A stretch of DNA of 64,000 nt, taken from contig JBJEJI010000076.1 in assembly GCA_051877895.1 (NCBI GenBank), forward strand, positions 3,671 through 67,670. Direction: 5' to 3'. Shown in pieces: positions 49,569-62,195 of the stretch. Source of the DNA: Lachnospiraceae bacterium (GTDB lineage: Bacteria > Bacillota > Clostridia > Lachnospirales > Lachnospiraceae). The translations under genes were made by a program, and so were the position numbers. How positions within the stretch are numbered: position 1 is the stretch's first letter; each line of letters starts with the position of its first letter. The notes under the pieces are model-generated. The model had not been told where the DNA came from, made no database searches, and saw only the letters and a program-made list of their open reading frames with translations.

Positions 49569-51440
49569 TTAATTTGCAAAGATTCCCCTTGCTCTGATGA
49601 GATTAACTAATTCTTCATTATTTACGGTACGCTTAAGATAATTAAGAATAGCTTCAATTGCCTCATCTGATTTTGCACCATTAAGTGCATTGCGCATTAA
49701 ATAGCTTGCTTCAAGTTCTTCCTGTGACAAAAGAAGATCTTCACGTCTGGTTCCGGATTTAGGAAGATCAATGGCAGGAAAAATTCTTTTTTCGGACAAA
49801 GAACGGTCAAGCACCAGTTCCATATTTCCTGTTCCCTTAAATTCTTCAAATACCACGTCATCCATACGGCTTCCCGTATCTACAAGTGCTGTAGCAAGAA
49901 TTGTTAAACTGCCTCCTTCCCGCATGCATCTTGCAGCGCCAAAAAACTTTTTAGGCATATAAAGAGCAGATGGGTCGAGACCACCGGAAAGAGTACGTCC
50001 GGAATTAGTTACTGTAAGGTTGTAAGCTCTTGCAAGTCTTGTAATACTATCCAAAAGAATGCACACATCTTTTTTATGCTCAACAAGTCTCTTTGCCCTT
50101 TCAATTACCATTTCAGATACTCTTTTATGATTTTCAGGCAGTTCATCGAAGGTAGAATAAATGACTTGAACATTATTTCCAACAATGGATTCCTTTATAT
50201 CGGTCACTTCTTCAGGTCTTTCATCAATAAGCAGAATTATTATTTCCATTTCAGGGTTATTGATGGTTATTGCATTGGCAATCTGCTTTAAGAGAGTGGT
50301 TTTTCCTGCTTTTGGCTGGGATACAATCATACCTCTTTGTCCTTTTCCGACAGGTGAAAGAATATCCACCAGTCTCATTGCCGGTGAACACCCCTTTGTT
50401 TCAAAATGAATTCTTTCATGAGGGAAAACAGGTGTTAAATCTTCAAATTTTGGACGTTTCTGTGCCACTTCCGGCGGTTCACCATTTATTGTCTCCACAA
50501 AAGCAAGTCCATGGAATTTATCATTGGAACTTTTTTCTTTAAGATTTCCCTTAACCATATCTCCTGTTTTCAAATTAAACTTTCGAATCTGAGCAGGTGA
50601 TACATAGACATCATTTTCTCCCGGCAGAAAATTGTCGCAACGAATAAAGCCATAGCCCTCTGTTTTTACAAGTTCCAGTACACCTTCTCTGGAAACTCCG
50701 GTATCCTGTACATATCTTTCGTTGTTGTTTTCCTGATTGTAAGTCTGAAATCCATTATCCTGACCATATCCGGATGCACTGTTACATACATTTTCCTGTG
50801 CATATCCGGAATTCAAAACACTCTGCCCATTATCCTGAGTATATCTGTTGTTTACAGAATTCTGAACATTGTCCTGGTTAAATCTGTTATTAACAATATT
50901 CTGAGCATTATCCTGATTATATCTTGGATTACTACTGTAAGACGCTACATCCTGATTGTATCTTGGATTACTACTGTAAGACACTACATCCTGATTGTAT
51001 CTGGACTGGCCTGTATACGAATTTCCATTCTGCTGAGAAAAATTTTGTCTCTGCTGGTAACCGGTCTGTGTACGCTGAGGTACATTACGCTGATTATCAT
51101 TGGGCCGCACTGTTCTCTGTGTTCTCATGGAAGAATTATTAACATTATTATAAGTCCTTGTATTTCTGTAAGGCTCATAATTATTTCTTTCATAGGTATA
51201 TTTCTTTTCAAAAGGTGCCTGAGAAATATTGTTGCGGTTTTCCGCTTCCACAACTTTATTTTCTTTGACCTCTTCTTTTACTTCTTCTTTTATTCCTTCT
51301 TTTTCCTTCTTCTGATTATTTATTATTCTTTCATTGAAAATTTCAATCAGTTCATTTTTTCTTAATGCACTTACGCCTTTAATATTATTTTCTTTAGCAT
51401 ATGCTTTTAACTCAGCTAAAGACATATTTTCAAAATCCAT
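49569..51440 (-). CDS. rho: transcription termination factor Rho with a ~180-aa N/Q/Y-rich N-terminal insertion
   Basis: The ORF track gives 49569-51461. I prefer M8 ([14 protein letters not shown]...) after GGAGG. It has a Rho_N SAP-like motif, a cold-shock-like RNA-binding domain and a RecA ATPase ([15 protein letters not shown]). Confidence 0.93.
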   Translation of the reverse strand: MDFENMSLAELKAYAKENNIKGVSALRKNELIEIFNERIINNQKKEKEGIKEEVKEEVKENKVVEAENRNNISQAPFEKKYTYERNNYEPYRNTRTYNNVNNSSMRTQRTVRPNDNQRNVPQRTQTGYQQRQNFSQQNGNSYTGQSRYNQDVVSYSSNPRYNQDVASYSSNPRYNQDNAQNIVNNRFNQDNVQNSVNNRYTQDNGQSVLNSGYAQENVCNSASGYGQDNGFQTYNQENNNERYVQDTGVSREGVLELVKTEGYGFIRCDNFLPGENDVYVSPAQIRKFNLKTGDMVKGNLKEKSSNDKFHGLAFVETINGEPPEVAQKRPKFEDLTPVFPHERIHFETKGCSPAMRLVDILSPVGKGQRGMIVSQPKAGKTTLLKQIANAITINNPEMEIIILLIDERPEEVTDIKESIVGNNVQVIYSTFDELPENHKRVSEMVIERAKRLVEHKKDVCILLDSITRLARAYNLTVTNSGRTLSGGLDPSALYMPKKFFGAARCMREGGSLTILATALVDTGSRMDDVVFEEFKGTGNMELVLDRSLSEKRIFPAIDLPKSGTRREDLLLSQEELEASYLMRNALNGAKSDEAIEAILNYLKRTVNNEELVNLIRARGIFAN

Positions 51441-51574
51441 TGCGTCCTCCAACCTATACATATAGTCCTTAATATCTGCTCTAAAAATATGGGGGTATAC
51501 TTTATTTAAATTTTTTCTGTTCTGGGAATATTCGGTAATCTGTACCTATAGTATTGAATCGTATTTTTAAGATA

Positions 51575-51609
51575 CAGGCAGCTGCCGGCTATATACCGGC
51601 AGCTCCTGC
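51575..51609 (-). terminator. 13-bp GC-rich hairpin downstream of rpoC
   Basis: Minus strand reads gcaggagctgccgg-tatata-gccggcagctgcctgt. There is no clear U-tract. Confidence 0.4.
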
Positions 51610-51646
51610 GAAATTGTTATTTTACATTATTTCAAAAGACTAAATG

Positions 51647-54600
51647 CTACTGTTCATCTGATGACTCAAAATCATCTTCATCTGCATAAACATAATCTTC
51701 ATCATAAACAACCTCATCATCAGCGAATACAAGGTCATCTTCATAGTATACATCTTCGTATACAACTTCCTCTGTATCCATCTCATCAATTGGTTTTTCT
51801 TCATCTTTCTTATCGAGCTTTCTGTCAATCTTCTCAACTTTTTCTTCTGCTTCAGCTAAAGCTCTGAGTCTGGCTTCTTCAAGTCTCTTTGCTTCTCTTG
51901 CATCGGAATCAAGCTTAACATTTCTGTATACGTTCATACCTGTTCCTGCAGGAATAAGTTTACCAAGAATAACATTTTCTTTCAAACCGATAAGCGGATC
52001 AATCTTACCCTTGATTGCAGCATCTGTAAGAACTCTTGTTGTTTCCTGGAAGGAAGCTGCAGAAAGGAAAGAGTTGGTTGCAAGAGATGCCTTTGTAATA
52101 CCTAACATTACCTGCTCTCCTGTTGCCGGTTCTTTACCCTCTGCTTCGAGTTTTGCGTTTGCATCTTCAAAATCAAGAATATCTACCATTGTACCCGGTA
52201 AGAAATCAGAATCACCATTATTTTCAATTCTGATTTTCTTTAACATCTGACGCACAATTACTTCAATATGCTTATCATTAATTTCTACACCCTGAAGTCT
52301 GTATACACGCTGTACTTCCTGAATCATGTAGTCCTGTACCGCACGAAGACCCTTGATTTTAAGGATATCATGTGGATTTACAGAGCCTTCAGTAAGTTCA
52401 TCACCGGCTTCAAGTACCTGACCGTCAGTAACCTTAATGATAGAGCCATAAGGAATAAGGTAAGCCTTTGAATCACCTGTTTCAGGATTGGTTACAACGA
52501 CTTCACGCTTTTTCTTTGTATCAACAATGGAAACTACACCACCGAACTCAGCAATAATTGCAAGTCCCTTTGGACGTCTCGCTTCGAAAAGTTCTTCGAC
52601 ACGAGGAAGACCCTGTGTAATATCATCTCCGGCAACACCACCGGTATGGAATGTTCTCATTGTAAGCTGTGTACCAGGCTCACCGATTGACTGTGCAGCG
52701 ATAATACCAACTGCTTCACCAACCTGTACCGGTTCTCCTGTTGCCATGTTTGCGCCATAACACTTTGCACAAACACCGATATGAGAACGGCATGTAAGGG
52801 CGGTACGAATCTTAACCTTTGCTTCTACACCGGCTTCAGAGATACTCTTTGTAGCACAAATTTTTGCTGCACGGGCAGGTGTAATCATTTGATTCTTCTT
52901 TACAATGACTTCACCATTGTCATCATAGATTGTGTCACAAGCAGTACGGCCTGTAATTCTTTCCTGAAGACTTTCAATTACTTCCTTGCCTTCCATGAAA
53001 GTCTTAATAGCCATTCCCGGAATTTCCTCGGCACCTTCGCAACAGTCAATTTCGCGAATAATTAAATCCTGTGAAACGTCTACAAGACGACGTGTAAGGT
53101 AACCGGAGTCTGCTGTTCTAAGAGCTGTATCGGAGAGACCCTTTCTGGCACCGTGAGCAGAGATGAAGTACTCGAGTACGTCAAGACCTTCACGGAAGTT
53201 AGCCTTAATAGGGAGCTCAATTGTTTTACCTGATGTATCAGCCATGAGACCACGCATACCTGCAAGCTGTTTAATCTGCTTGTCAGAACCACGGGCTCCG
53301 GAATGAGCCATCATCTTAATATTGTTATATTTATCCAGACCGGACAACAGCTTTTCAGTAATTTCGTCATCGGCAGTCTTCCATGTGGAGATAACCAGCT
53401 TGTAACGCTCGTCATCAGTCATGAAGCCCTGCTTGTAAGCTTCTGAAATCTGTGCAACTGTTTCTTCAGCCTTTGCAAGAATTTCTTTCTTTGCTGCAGG
53501 CACTGTCATGTCGGAAACGGATACGGTCATGGCAGCTCTTGTGGAATACTTGTAACCAAGAGATTTTACATGGTCAAGTGTTTCAGCTGTCTTTGTGGCA
53601 CCATGCTTATTAATACATTTTTCAAGAATGCCCTTTAACTCTTTTCTCTTTACAAGGAAATCAATTTCAAGAGCAAATCTGTTTTCAGGCTTGGTTCTGT
53701 CTACATATCCAAGGTCCTGTGGAATAACTTCATTAAATATGAGACGTCCTAATGTGGTAACAATCACACCTGTATCAACAGTTCCGTCTTCATTTTCAAT
53801 GTATCTGCGGACATTAATTTCAGACTGAAGTGTAATTACACCATTTTCGTAGGCAAGAATTGCTTCGTTAATGCTTGTGAAGTACTTTCCTTCACCCTTT
53901 GAACCAGGCTTTGTCATTGTCAGGTAGTAAATACCCAGTACCATATCCTGAGAAGGAACGGCAACAGGACCACCATCGGATGGCTTTAACAGGTTGTTAG
54001 GTGAAAGTAAGAGGAAACGGCACTCTGCCTGAGCTTCAACACTAAGCGGAAGGTGAACAGCCATCTGGTCACCGTCGAAGTCAGCGTTGAACGCTGTACA
54101 TACCAATGGATGAAGCTTAATTGCCTTACCTTCAACAAGGATTGGCTCAAACGCCTGAATACCAAGTCTGTGAAGTGTAGGAGCTCGGTTCAGCATAACC
54201 GGATGTTCTTTAATAACATCCTCAAGTACATCCCATACCTCTGTCTGAAGACGTTCAACCATCTTCTTTGCAGACTTAACGTTAGTAGCAATACCTCTTG
54301 CGGTCAGTTCCTTCATTACGAAAGGCTTGAAAAGTTCTATTGCCATTTCCTTTGGAAGACCACACTGGTAAATCTTGAGTTCCGGACCAACTACAATAAC
54401 AGAACGACCGGAGTAGTCAACTCGCTTACCAAGAAGGTTCTGACGGAAACGACCCTGCTTACCTTTAAGCATATCTGAAAGAGATTTCAGAGCTCTGTTT
54501 CCGGGACCGGTTACAGGACGTCCTCTACGTCCGTTATCATTTAATGCATCTACAGCTTCCTGAAGCATTCTCTTTTCATTACGAACGATAATGTCCGGAG

Positions 54601-55480
54601 CACCAAGTTCAAGAAGTCTCTTAAGACGGTTATTTCTGTTAATGATACGACGGTATAAATCGTTCATATCAGATGTTGCAAAACGTCCGCCATCAAGCTG
54701 AACCATTGGACGGAGATCCGGAGGAATTACAGGAATTACTGTAAGAATCATCCATTCCGGCTTATTGCCTGACTCTCTGAATGCTTCAACTACTTCAAGA
54801 CGTTTAATAATTCTGGCACGCTTCTGACCTGTGGCATTCTTTAATTCAGCTTTAAGTTCAGCAGCGTCCTTTTCCATATCGATTTTCTGCAAAAGTTCCA
54901 TGATGGACTCTGCACCCATACCAACGCGGAAAGCGTCAGAGCCATACTTTTCACATGCAGCAGCATATTCCTGCTCGGATAATATATCCTTTTCATGAAG
55001 TTCAGTTTCACCCGGATCCAGTACTATATAGCTTGCAAAATAAAGAACCTTTTCAAGTACTCTAGGAGACAGGTCAAGAATAAGACCCATGCGGCTTGGA
55101 ATACCTTTAAAATACCAGATATGGGAAACCGGTGCTGCAAGTTCAATATAGCCCATACGTTCACGACGAACTGTAGCCTTGGTTACTTCAACTCCACAGA
55201 ACTCACAAATAACACCCTTGTTACGAATCTTTTTGTACTTACCGCAATGACATTCCCAGTCCTTTGTAGGTCCGAAAATCTTCTCGCAGAATAATCCGTC
55301 TCTCTCAGGTTTAAGTGTTCTGTAGTTGATTGTTTCAGGCTTTTTTACTTCATATTCGGTAATATCACCTGTTCTGCCTGCTCTTGCCCACTCCTTAATT
55401 TTTTCCGGAGAAGCAAGACCAATTTTAATTTTATCGTAGGTTATCGGCCTTACGTTATCTTCTATTGTTTCAGCTGACAT
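51647..55480 (-). CDS. rpoC: DNA-directed RNA polymerase subunit beta'
   Basis: 1277 aa with the NADFDGD catalytic motif and zinc-binding Cys clusters. It has a C-terminal acidic/Tyr-rich extension. Confidence 0.98.
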   Translation of the reverse strand: MSAETIEDNVRPITYDKIKIGLASPEKIKEWARAGRTGDITEYEVKKPETINYRTLKPERDGLFCEKIFGPTKDWECHCGKYKKIRNKGVICEFCGVEVTKATVRRERMGYIELAAPVSHIWYFKGIPSRMGLILDLSPRVLEKVLYFASYIVLDPGETELHEKDILSEQEYAAACEKYGSDAFRVGMGAESIMELLQKIDMEKDAAELKAELKNATGQKRARIIKRLEVVEAFRESGNKPEWMILTVIPVIPPDLRPMVQLDGGRFATSDMNDLYRRIINRNNRLKRLLELGAPDIIVRNEKRMLQEAVDALNDNGRRGRPVTGPGNRALKSLSDMLKGKQGRFRQNLLGKRVDYSGRSVIVVGPELKIYQCGLPKEMAIELFKPFVMKELTARGIATNVKSAKKMVERLQTEVWDVLEDVIKEHPVMLNRAPTLHRLGIQAFEPILVEGKAIKLHPLVCTAFNADFDGDQMAVHLPLSVEAQAECRFLLLSPNNLLKPSDGGPVAVPSQDMVLGIYYLTMTKPGSKGEGKYFTSINEAILAYENGVITLQSEINVRRYIENEDGTVDTGVIVTTLGRLIFNEVIPQDLGYVDRTKPENRFALEIDFLVKRKELKGILEKCINKHGATKTAETLDHVKSLGYKYSTRAAMTVSVSDMTVPAAKKEILAKAEETVAQISEAYKQGFMTDDERYKLVISTWKTADDEITEKLLSGLDKYNNIKMMAHSGARGSDKQIKQLAGMRGLMADTSGKTIELPIKANFREGLDVLEYFISAHGARKGLSDTALRTADSGYLTRRLVDVSQDLIIREIDCCEGAEEIPGMAIKTFMEGKEVIESLQERITGRTACDTIYDDNGEVIVKKNQMITPARAAKICATKSISEAGVEAKVKIRTALTCRSHIGVCAKCYGANMATGEPVQVGEAVGIIAAQSIGEPGTQLTMRTFHTGGVAGDDITQGLPRVEELFEARRPKGLAIIAEFGGVVSIVDTKKKREVVVTNPETGDSKAYLIPYGSIIKVTDGQVLEAGDELTEGSVNPHDILKIKGLRAVQDYMIQEVQRVYRLQGVEINDKHIEVIVRQMLKKIRIENNGDSDFLPGTMVDILDFEDANAKLEAEGKEPATGEQVMLGITKASLATNSFLSAASFQETTRVLTDAAIKGKIDPLIGLKENVILGKLIPAGTGMNVYRNVKLDSDAREAKRLEEARLRALAEAEEKVEKIDRKLDKKDEEKPIDEMDTEEVVYEDVYYEDDLVFADDEVVYDEDYVYADEDDFESSDEQ

Positions 55481-55515
55481 GTCGGTTGCCCCTTTCTTAA
55501 AATGATTTCAAAATC

Positions 55516-58500
55516 CTAAAACTCATCCAACTCCACAAAATCTTTGTCGGCATAGCCACCGAAAAGGTCACCGGCAGCATCAGGAATAACCTCACCAAAT
55601 CCTGCTTCGCCCATGCCTTCATAGCTTGCACTACTCTTAGGAGCATCACCTTCAATCAATGCCTTCATATCTGCATTGTTTGAGTAATCAATTTCTTCTG
55701 AGAGGATTACTTCTTCACCATTTTCATCGAGAACTGTAACATCCAGAGCAAGTGACTGTAATTCCTTAAGCAATACCTTGAAGGACTCCGGAATACCAGG
55801 CTCTGAAATGTTTTCACCCTTAATGATTGCCTCATAGGTTTTAACACGACCGGTTACATCATCGGACTTAACAGTAAGGATTTCCTGAAGTACGTGCGCT
55901 GCACCATATGCTTCAAGAGCCCATACTTCCATTTCACCGAAACGCTGTCCACCAAACTGTGCCTTACCACCTAAAGGCTGCTGTGTTACCAGAGAATACG
56001 GACCGGTTGAACGTGCATGAATCTTATCATCAACAAGGTGATGAAGTTTCAGATAATGCATGAAACCGATTGTAACTTCACCGTCAAACGGCTCACCGGT
56101 ACGTCCGTCACGAAGCTGAACCTTTCCGTCCGGTTTAATCGGTACTCCTGCCCATTCCTTACGATAATCCTGATTTTCAATAAGGAACTTCATGAGATCA
56201 GGATTAATCTGGTCTTCATATTTCTTCCGGAATTCATCAAGCGGCATATTTACATAGTCATTTGCCAGCTTGAGGGAATCTTCAATATCAACCTCTTTCG
56301 CACCATCAAATACAGGAGTAGAAACTTTAATTCCAAGCACCTGCGAAGCAAGACTGAGGTGAATTTCAAGTACCTGTCCGATATTCATACGGGAAGGTAC
56401 GCCCAGAGGATTTAATACAATGTCAAGAGGACGTCCGTTTGGAAGGAATGGCATATCTTCAACAGGAAGTACACGGGAAACAACACCCTTATTACCGTGA
56501 CGACCGGCCATCTTATCGCCCACCTGAATCTTTCTCTTCTGTGCAATATATACTCTTACGCACTCATTTACACCAGGCGCAAGTTCATCGTTGTTAGCTC
56601 TTGAGAACACCTTAGCATCAACAATAATACCAAATTCGCCGTGCGGAACTCTAAGAGAAGTATCTCTTACATCTCTTGCCTTCTCTCCGAAGATGGCTCT
56701 TAACAGTCTTTCCTCGGCTGTAAGCTCTGTTTCACCCTTAGGTGTAACCTTACCTACAAGAATGTCTCCGGCACGAACCTCTGCACCGATACGGATGATA
56801 CCTCTTTCATCCAGATCCTTCAGTGCATCCTCACCAACGCTTGGAATGTCGCGGGTGATTTCTTCAGGTCCCAGCTTAGTATCTCTTGCTTCTGCTTCAT
56901 ATTCTTCAATATGGATGGAGGTATAAACATCCTCCTGTACCAGTCTTTCACTAAGAAGAACCGCATCCTCGTAGTTATATCCTTCCCAGGTCATAAATCC
57001 AATGAGAGGGTTCTTACCAAGAGCAAGCTCACCCTGTGATGTAGAAGGACCGTCAGCGATAACCTGTCCGGCTTCAATCTTTTCGCCCTTAGATACAATC
57101 GGTCTCTGGTTAATACTTGTTCCCTGGTTACTTCTTACAAACTTCTGAAGCTTGTATTCATCAAGTGTACCTTCTTCGTTACGTACTGTAATTCTGTCAG
57201 CGGTAGCTCTTTCAACCACACCTGCATTTTCAGCAACAACACACACACCGGAGTCAACAGCAGTTTTCATTTCCATACCTGTTCCTACTACAGGAGACTC
57301 GGTAAAGAGAAGCGGTACTGCCTGACGCTGCATGTTGGAACCCATGAGAGCACGGTTAGCATCATCGTTCTGTAAGAATGGAATCATTGCTGTAGCTACA
57401 GAAAATACCATCTTAGGAGAAACGTCCATGAGGTCAATTTTTCTTCTTTCGAATGAAGATGTCTCATCGCGGAAACGACCGGATACACTTGCATTAATGA
57501 AATATCCATTTTCATCAAGCGGTTCGTTAGCCTGTGCAACGATGTATTTATCTTCCTCATCAGCCGTGAGATATACATAATCTTCTGTTACTCTTGGATT
57601 TTCCGGATCGGACTTGTCGCAGATTCTGTAAGGAGCTTCTACGAAACCATATTCATTAATTCTCGCATAGGATGCAAGGGAGTTAATGAGACCGATGTTT
57701 GGACCTTCAGGAGTTTCAATAGGACACATTCTGCCGTAATGTGTATAGTGAACGTCTCGAACTTCGAATCCGGCACGATCTCTGGAAAGACCACCAGGTC
57801 CCAAAGCGGAAAGACGTCTTTTGTGTGTCAACTCACCTAATGGGTTATGCTGATCCATGAACTGTGATAACTGGGAACTTCCAAAGAACTCCTTAACTGC
57901 TGCAGTCACCGGTTTGATGTTAATCAGACTGGAAGCAGTAAGTGTAGAAGGATCCAGTGTTGTCATACGTTCACGAACAACTCTCTCCATTCTGGACATA
58001 CCAATACGGTACTGGTTCTGAAGGAGTTCGCCCACTGCACGAATACGACGGTTGCCCAGATGGTCGATGTCATCCTGATTACCGATGCCGTATTCAAGGT
58101 GCATATTGTAATTAATAGAAGCAATTATATCTTCTTTTGTGATATGTTTTGGAATAAGATCATTAATGTTGTTCTTAATTGCTTCTTTTATTTCATCTTC
58201 ACTGCTATACTCGTCAAGAATACTCTTAAGTGCAGGATAGTAGACAAGTTCCGTAATGCCAAGTTCTTTCTTGTCACAAGGGAAGAAGCTGTCAATGTCT
58301 ACCATGAGGTTGGAAAGTACCTTTACATTACGTTCTTCTGCCTGAACATAAATGTAAGGAACAGCCGCATTCTGGATTGCATCAGCCAGTTCTTCTGTAA
58401 TTACAGTTCCTGCTTCAGCAAGGATTTCACCTGTAGTAGTGTCAACAACATCTTCTGAAAGGGCAAATCCTGTTACTCTGTTCTTCAAGAGCAGTTTCTT

Positions 58501-59334
58501 GTTGAACTTGTAACGTCCGACCTTGGCAAGGTCGTATCTTCTTGGATCGAAGAACATTGCGTTAATAAGAGACTCTGCGCTCTCAACAGACAAAGGCTCG
58601 CCCGGACGAAGCTTTTTGTACAACTCAAGAAGACCATCCTGATAATTCTCAGACGGATCCTTAGCAAAGGTTGCCTCAAGTTTTGGTTCATCGCCAAAAA
58701 GTTCACGAATTTCAGCATTTGTACCATAACCAAGTGCACGGATAAGTACTGTAACCGGAACTTTACGGTTTCTATCTACACGGACATAAAAAACGTCATT
58801 AGAATCTGTTTCATACTCAAGCCATGCACCCCTGTTAGGAATTACAGTACATGAATACAGGGTTTTACCAATTTTGTCATGGCCAATAGCATAATATATG
58901 CCGGGTGAACGAACAAGCTGACTTACAATAACACGCTCTGCACCGTTAATTACGAATGTACCGGTAGCAGTCATGAGAGGCAGATCACCCATGAAAATTT
59001 CATGTTCGCTGATTTCGTCAGTTTCTTTATTGTGAAGTCTTACCACAACATGCAGAGGTGCTGCATATGTAGCGTCTCTCTCTTTACATTCCTCGATAGA
59101 ATATTTTGCTTCCCTAAGCTCATAGTCAATAAACTCAAGGCTTAAATGACCCGCAAAATCTGTAATCGGGGAGATGTCACGGAACACCTCGTAAAGTCCC
59201 TCTTCCAGGAACCAGCGATAGGAGTCCTTCTGAACCTCGATAAGATTTGGCATCTCAAGGATTTCTTTCTGCTTCGAAAAACTCATTCGAACGTTTTTAC
59301 CGACTTTGACCGGATGAATTCTATTCTTATCCAT
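55516..59334 (-). CDS. rpoB: DNA-directed RNA polymerase subunit beta
   Basis: The ORF track gives 55516-59346 (GTG abutting the RBS). ATG at 59334 ([10 protein letters not shown]...) lies 11 nt after AAGGAG. Canonical beta-subunit motifs run throughout. Confidence 0.97.
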   Translation of the reverse strand: MDKNRIHPVKVGKNVRMSFSKQKEILEMPNLIEVQKDSYRWFLEEGLYEVFRDISPITDFAGHLSLEFIDYELREAKYSIEECKERDATYAAPLHVVVRLHNKETDEISEHEIFMGDLPLMTATGTFVINGAERVIVSQLVRSPGIYYAIGHDKIGKTLYSCTVIPNRGAWLEYETDSNDVFYVRVDRNRKVPVTVLIRALGYGTNAEIRELFGDEPKLEATFAKDPSENYQDGLLELYKKLRPGEPLSVESAESLINAMFFDPRRYDLAKVGRYKFNKKLLLKNRVTGFALSEDVVDTTTGEILAEAGTVITEELADAIQNAAVPYIYVQAEERNVKVLSNLMVDIDSFFPCDKKELGITELVYYPALKSILDEYSSEDEIKEAIKNNINDLIPKHITKEDIIASINYNMHLEYGIGNQDDIDHLGNRRIRAVGELLQNQYRIGMSRMERVVRERMTTLDPSTLTASSLINIKPVTAAVKEFFGSSQLSQFMDQHNPLGELTHKRRLSALGPGGLSRDRAGFEVRDVHYTHYGRMCPIETPEGPNIGLINSLASYARINEYGFVEAPYRICDKSDPENPRVTEDYVYLTADEEDKYIVAQANEPLDENGYFINASVSGRFRDETSSFERRKIDLMDVSPKMVFSVATAMIPFLQNDDANRALMGSNMQRQAVPLLFTESPVVGTGMEMKTAVDSGVCVVAENAGVVERATADRITVRNEEGTLDEYKLQKFVRSNQGTSINQRPIVSKGEKIEAGQVIADGPSTSQGELALGKNPLIGFMTWEGYNYEDAVLLSERLVQEDVYTSIHIEEYEAEARDTKLGPEEITRDIPSVGEDALKDLDERGIIRIGAEVRAGDILVGKVTPKGETELTAEERLLRAIFGEKARDVRDTSLRVPHGEFGIIVDAKVFSRANNDELAPGVNECVRVYIAQKRKIQVGDKMAGRHGNKGVVSRVLPVEDMPFLPNGRPLDIVLNPLGVPSRMNIGQVLEIHLSLASQVLGIKVSTPVFDGAKEVDIEDSLKLANDYVNMPLDEFRKKYEDQINPDLMKFLIENQDYRKEWAGVPIKPDGKVQLRDGRTGEPFDGEVTIGFMHYLKLHHLVDDKIHARSTGPYSLVTQQPLGGKAQFGGQRFGEMEVWALEAYGAAHVLQEILTVKSDDVTGRVKTYEAIIKGENISEPGIPESFKVLLKELQSLALDVTVLDENGEEVILSEEIDYSNNADMKALIEGDAPKSSASYEGMGEAGFGEVIPDAAGDLFGGYADKDFVELDEF

Positions 59335-59418
59335 TGACGTTTTCACTCCTTGATTATATAATACAACCTAAAGGGCATAGTACACCCATGCATACCACAC
59401 CACAATAGTGCATTTTTT

Positions 59419-59447
59419 ATAATATCACCTGTTTTTCTGCTTGTCAA
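59419..59447 (-). promoter_or_regulatory. rpoB promoter (TTGACA-17-TATTAT)
   Basis: Minus strand reads ttgacaagcagaaaaacaggtgatattat. Confidence 0.6.
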
Positions 59448-59521
59448 CATAAAATTTAAGTAATTTTCCAAATAATTCCTGCATACTGTTTATTCTTAAT
59501 TATATAAAAAACTAAAGATAA

Positions 59522-59543
59522 CCCACTGCCTTTAGGCGGTGGG
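59522..59543. other. GC-rich hairpin cccactgcc-ttta-ggcggtggg
   Basis: Read directly. T-rich sequence follows on the minus strand. Confidence 0.5.
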
Positions 59544-59555
59544 ATTAGATTTAAA

Positions 59556-59583
59556 GCGGTACAGGGTACAAGCCCTGTACCGC
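59556..59583. other. GC-rich hairpin gcggtacaggg-tacaag-ccctgtaccgc
   Basis: 11-bp perfect stem read directly. Confidence 0.55.
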
Positions 59584-59602
59584 ATATGGCACGAAGTGCA
59601 GT

Positions 59603-59639
59603 TTTTTAACGAGCAAAAAGCGAAGCGTTCGCGAGTTTG
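59603..59639 (-). repeat. copy C of the dispersed 37-nt intergenic repeat
   Basis: The reverse complement reads caaactcgcgaacgcttcgctttttgctcgttaaaaa. Confidence 0.8.
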
Positions 59640-59710
59640 ACTGTTTTTCTGGCGAGTGCGCATCCGGAAGGAGCGTTTTTATTGTACAGAAAAAAGTTTC
59701 AGATGCAAAA

Positions 59711-59738
59711 AGAGCACCGGGGAAATTCCCGATGCTCT
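59711..59738 (-). terminator. intrinsic terminator after rplL
   Basis: Minus strand reads agagcatcggg-aatttc-cccggtgctct followed by TTTTT. Confidence 0.75.
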
Positions 59739-59771
59739 CTATCAGTCTTTTAATTTCAAATCTGTGCTAAA

Positions 59772-60140
59772 TTATTTAAGAGTAACTTTAGCGCCAACTT
59801 CGTCAAGCTTCTTCTTGATGTCTTCAGCTTCTTCCTTAGTAGCTGCTTCCTTAAGAACCTTTGGAGCACCCTCAACTAAGTCTTTAGCTTCCTTAAGACC
59901 AAGGCCGGTAATTTCACGAACAACCTTAATAACCTTAACCTTCTGAGCAGCGTCAAACTCTGTAAGTTCAACATCAAACTCTGTCTTTTCTTCTTCAGCT
60001 GCTGCTGTAGCACCTGCTGCTGCAACAACAACGCCTGCTGCTGCGCTAACACCAAACTCTTCTTCGCAAGCCTTTACTAAATCGTTTAACTCTAAAACTG
60101 TCATAGCCTTGATAGCATCGATAAATTCCTGATTTGTCAT
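59772..60140 (-). CDS. rplL: 50S ribosomal protein L7/L12
   Basis: The ORF track gives 59772-60155. I prefer M6 ([22 protein letters not shown]...) after GGAGG. Confidence 0.96.
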   Translation of the reverse strand: MTNQEFIDAIKAMTVLELNDLVKACEEEFGVSAAAGVVVAAAGATAAAEEEKTEFDVELTEFDAAQKVKVIKVVREITGLGLKEAKDLVEGAPKVLKEAATKEEAEDIKKKLDEVGAKVTLK

Positions 60141-60255
60141 TTTATTTTCCTCCATTTAATAAATATTTTCAGGGTCTTTGACCCGACCGCTTATGCGGCA
60201 ATTAATTTTAAATTATTGTTGTAATTGTACAAAACCCTTAGGGATTGTAAAAATC

Positions 60256-60744
60256 TTAAGCAGCAGTATTCTCTGCAATCTGCTTGAGAACGCGTGCAAG
60301 ATTTGTGATAGGAGACTGAAGACTTCCCAAAAGCTTGGAAATGAGTTCCTCTCTGGATGGGATTGTAGCAATAATTGCCATTCCCTTAGCGTCATAGTAG
60401 GTTCCTTCAACTATACCTGCTTTAAACTCTAAAGCGTCAGCAGTTTTCTGAACGTTTGCAATAACCTTAGCAGCGCTTGTTGCATCCTGCATGCTGAATG
60501 CTACAGCTGTAGGACCTTCAAGACTTGAAGCAAGCTCTTCATATACTGTGCCTGCGAAAGCCATCTTTAAATAAGTGTTCTTGTAAACTTTGTAAACAAC
60601 ACCGTTTTCTCTGAAAGACTTACGAAGGCCGGTATCCTGCTCTACGGTTAAACCACGATAGTCAACGAGAACAACAGACTTTGCATCAGCAACATATCCT
60701 TTGATCTCTTCAATAATCGGAGCCTTTAATTCAACCTTTGCCAT
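60256..60744 (-). CDS. rplJ: 50S ribosomal protein L10
   Basis: The ORF track gives 60256-60795. I prefer M18 (MAKVELKAPIIEEIKG...) after AGGAGG. Confidence 0.95.
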   Translation of the reverse strand: MAKVELKAPIIEEIKGYVADAKSVVLVDYRGLTVEQDTGLRKSFRENGVVYKVYKNTYLKMAFAGTVYEELASSLEGPTAVAFSMQDATSAAKVIANVQKTADALEFKAGIVEGTYYDAKGMAIIATIPSREELISKLLGSLQSPITNLARVLKQIAENTAA

Positions 60745-60822
60745 TACTTTTTCCTCCTTTAAAAATTTATATAATGGCTGCCATGAGCTAATCATGTTTA
60801 CTAAACATGCTTTACTTTCGAT

Positions 60823-60942
60823 AAAAAAGCTGTCCCAACCGAAATCAGGACAGCATAAATTACATAGTAATAATCAGCTGACATATCCTGGGTAGGCGGC
60901 AAGCCTTACGCCACACGGGCACCTACTGTCTTCGGCAGTCAA
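60823..60942 (-). promoter_or_regulatory. ribosomal protein L10 leader (autoregulatory mRNA structure ending in an intrinsic terminator)
   Basis: Minus strand reads gacugccgaagacaguaggugcccguguggcguaaggcuugccgccuacccagg, a long helix that resembles the L10 binding site. It is followed by gcugucc-ugauuucgguu-gggacagc plus U6 (60823-60854), which lies upstream of the rplJ RBS. Confidence 0.6.
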
Positions 60943-60947
60943 ATATT

Positions 60948-60976
60948 TATATAACACAGAATGCTTTAGGTGTCAA
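60948..60976 (-). promoter_or_regulatory. rplJL promoter (TTGACA-17-TGtTATATA)
   Basis: Minus strand reads ttgacacctaaagcattctgtgttatata. Confidence 0.6.
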
Positions 60977-61002
60977 TAGCAAATTTGCATTGCACCTTTT
61001 AA

Positions 61003-61695
61003 TTAGCCAAGCTTTGCAGGATTAACCTTGATTCCAGGGCCCATTGTAGAAGCAACGGTTACGCTTCTTAAATACTGACCCTTTGCAGCTGCCGGCTTAG
61101 CTTTGATAATAGCACCCATAAGAGCCTGGAAGTTGTCTGCGAGCTGTTCCTCTGTAAAGGATGCCTTTCCTAAAGGACAATGAATAATGTTTGCTTTATC
61201 AAGACGGTATTCAATCTTACCAGCTTTAATATCGTTAATAGCTTTGGTTACATCCATTGTTACAGTACCGGCCTTAGGGTTTGGCATTAATCCCTTAGGA
61301 CCAAGTACACGACCAAGACGACCTACAGCACCCATCATATCCGGTGTTGCAACAACAACATCGAAGTCAAACCAGTTCTCTTTTGTGATTTTCTGAACTG
61401 TTTCATCATCGCCAATGTAATCAGCACCTGCTGCAAGAGCTTCGTCAACCTTTGGTCCCTTTGCAAATACGAGAACCTTTACAGTCTTACCGGTTCCATG
61501 TGGGAGAACTACTGCACCACGAACCTGCTGATCTGCATGACGTCCGTCTACACCAAGACGAATGTGTGCTTCGATAGTTTCATCAAATTTAGCTGTAGCT
61601 GTCTTCTTGAGAATTGCCATTGCTTCAGGAACTTCGTACTGAGTACCCTTTGTAATAAGCTTGGCAGCCTCGTTATATTTCTTTCCTCTTTTCAT
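61003..61695 (-). CDS. rplA: 50S ribosomal protein L1
   Basis: The ORF track gives 61003-61758. I prefer M22 ([13 protein letters not shown]...) after AGGAGG. Confidence 0.96.
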   Translation of the reverse strand: MKRGKKYNEAAKLITKGTQYEVPEAMAILKKTATAKFDETIEAHIRLGVDGRHADQQVRGAVVLPHGTGKTVKVLVFAKGPKVDEALAAGADYIGDDETVQKITKENWFDFDVVVATPDMMGAVGRLGRVLGPKGLMPNPKAGTVTMDVTKAINDIKAGKIEYRLDKANIIHCPLGKASFTEEQLADNFQALMGAIIKAKPAAAKGQYLRSVTVASTMGPGIKVNPAKLG

Positions 61696-61769
61696 AATAA
61701 CCTCCTGGTGGTAATTGCGGAATGCATTATAACTGCACTCCTTCCACGTATGATACAATTTACTGTTTA

Positions 61770-62195
61770 TTAGTCTTCTACAACGATACCCATACTACGT
61801 GCGGTACCGGCGATCATGCTTGTAGCTGCTTCAATGCTTCCTGCATTGAGATCCTTCATCTTTGTTTCAGCGATTTTCTGAACTTCTGCCCTGCTGATTT
61901 TTGCAACCTTTGTCTTGTTAGGTGTGCCGGATCCACTCTCAATTTTGCATGCTTTCTTAAGAAGAACTGCTGCAGGTGGTGTCTTTGTAATGAAGCTGAA
62001 GCTTCTGTCCTGGTAAACAGTAATTACTACAGGAATGATAAGTCCTTCCTGTCCTGCTGTTCTTGCATTGAATTCCTTAGTAAACTGTACAATGTTTACA
62101 CCGTGCTGACCAAGTGCCGGACCTACAGGAGGAGCCGGTGTTGCTTTTGCAGCCGGAATCTGTAATTTGATATAACCTGTAACTTTCTTTGCCAT
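61770..62195 (-). CDS. rplK: 50S ribosomal protein L11
   Basis: 141 aa. [35 protein letters not shown]. Confidence 0.97.
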   Translation of the reverse strand: MAKKVTGYIKLQIPAAKATPAPPVGPALGQHGVNIVQFTKEFNARTAGQEGLIIPVVITVYQDRSFSFITKTPPAAVLLKKACKIESGSGTPNKTKVAKISRAEVQKIAETKMKDLNAGSIEAATSMIAGTARSMGIVVED

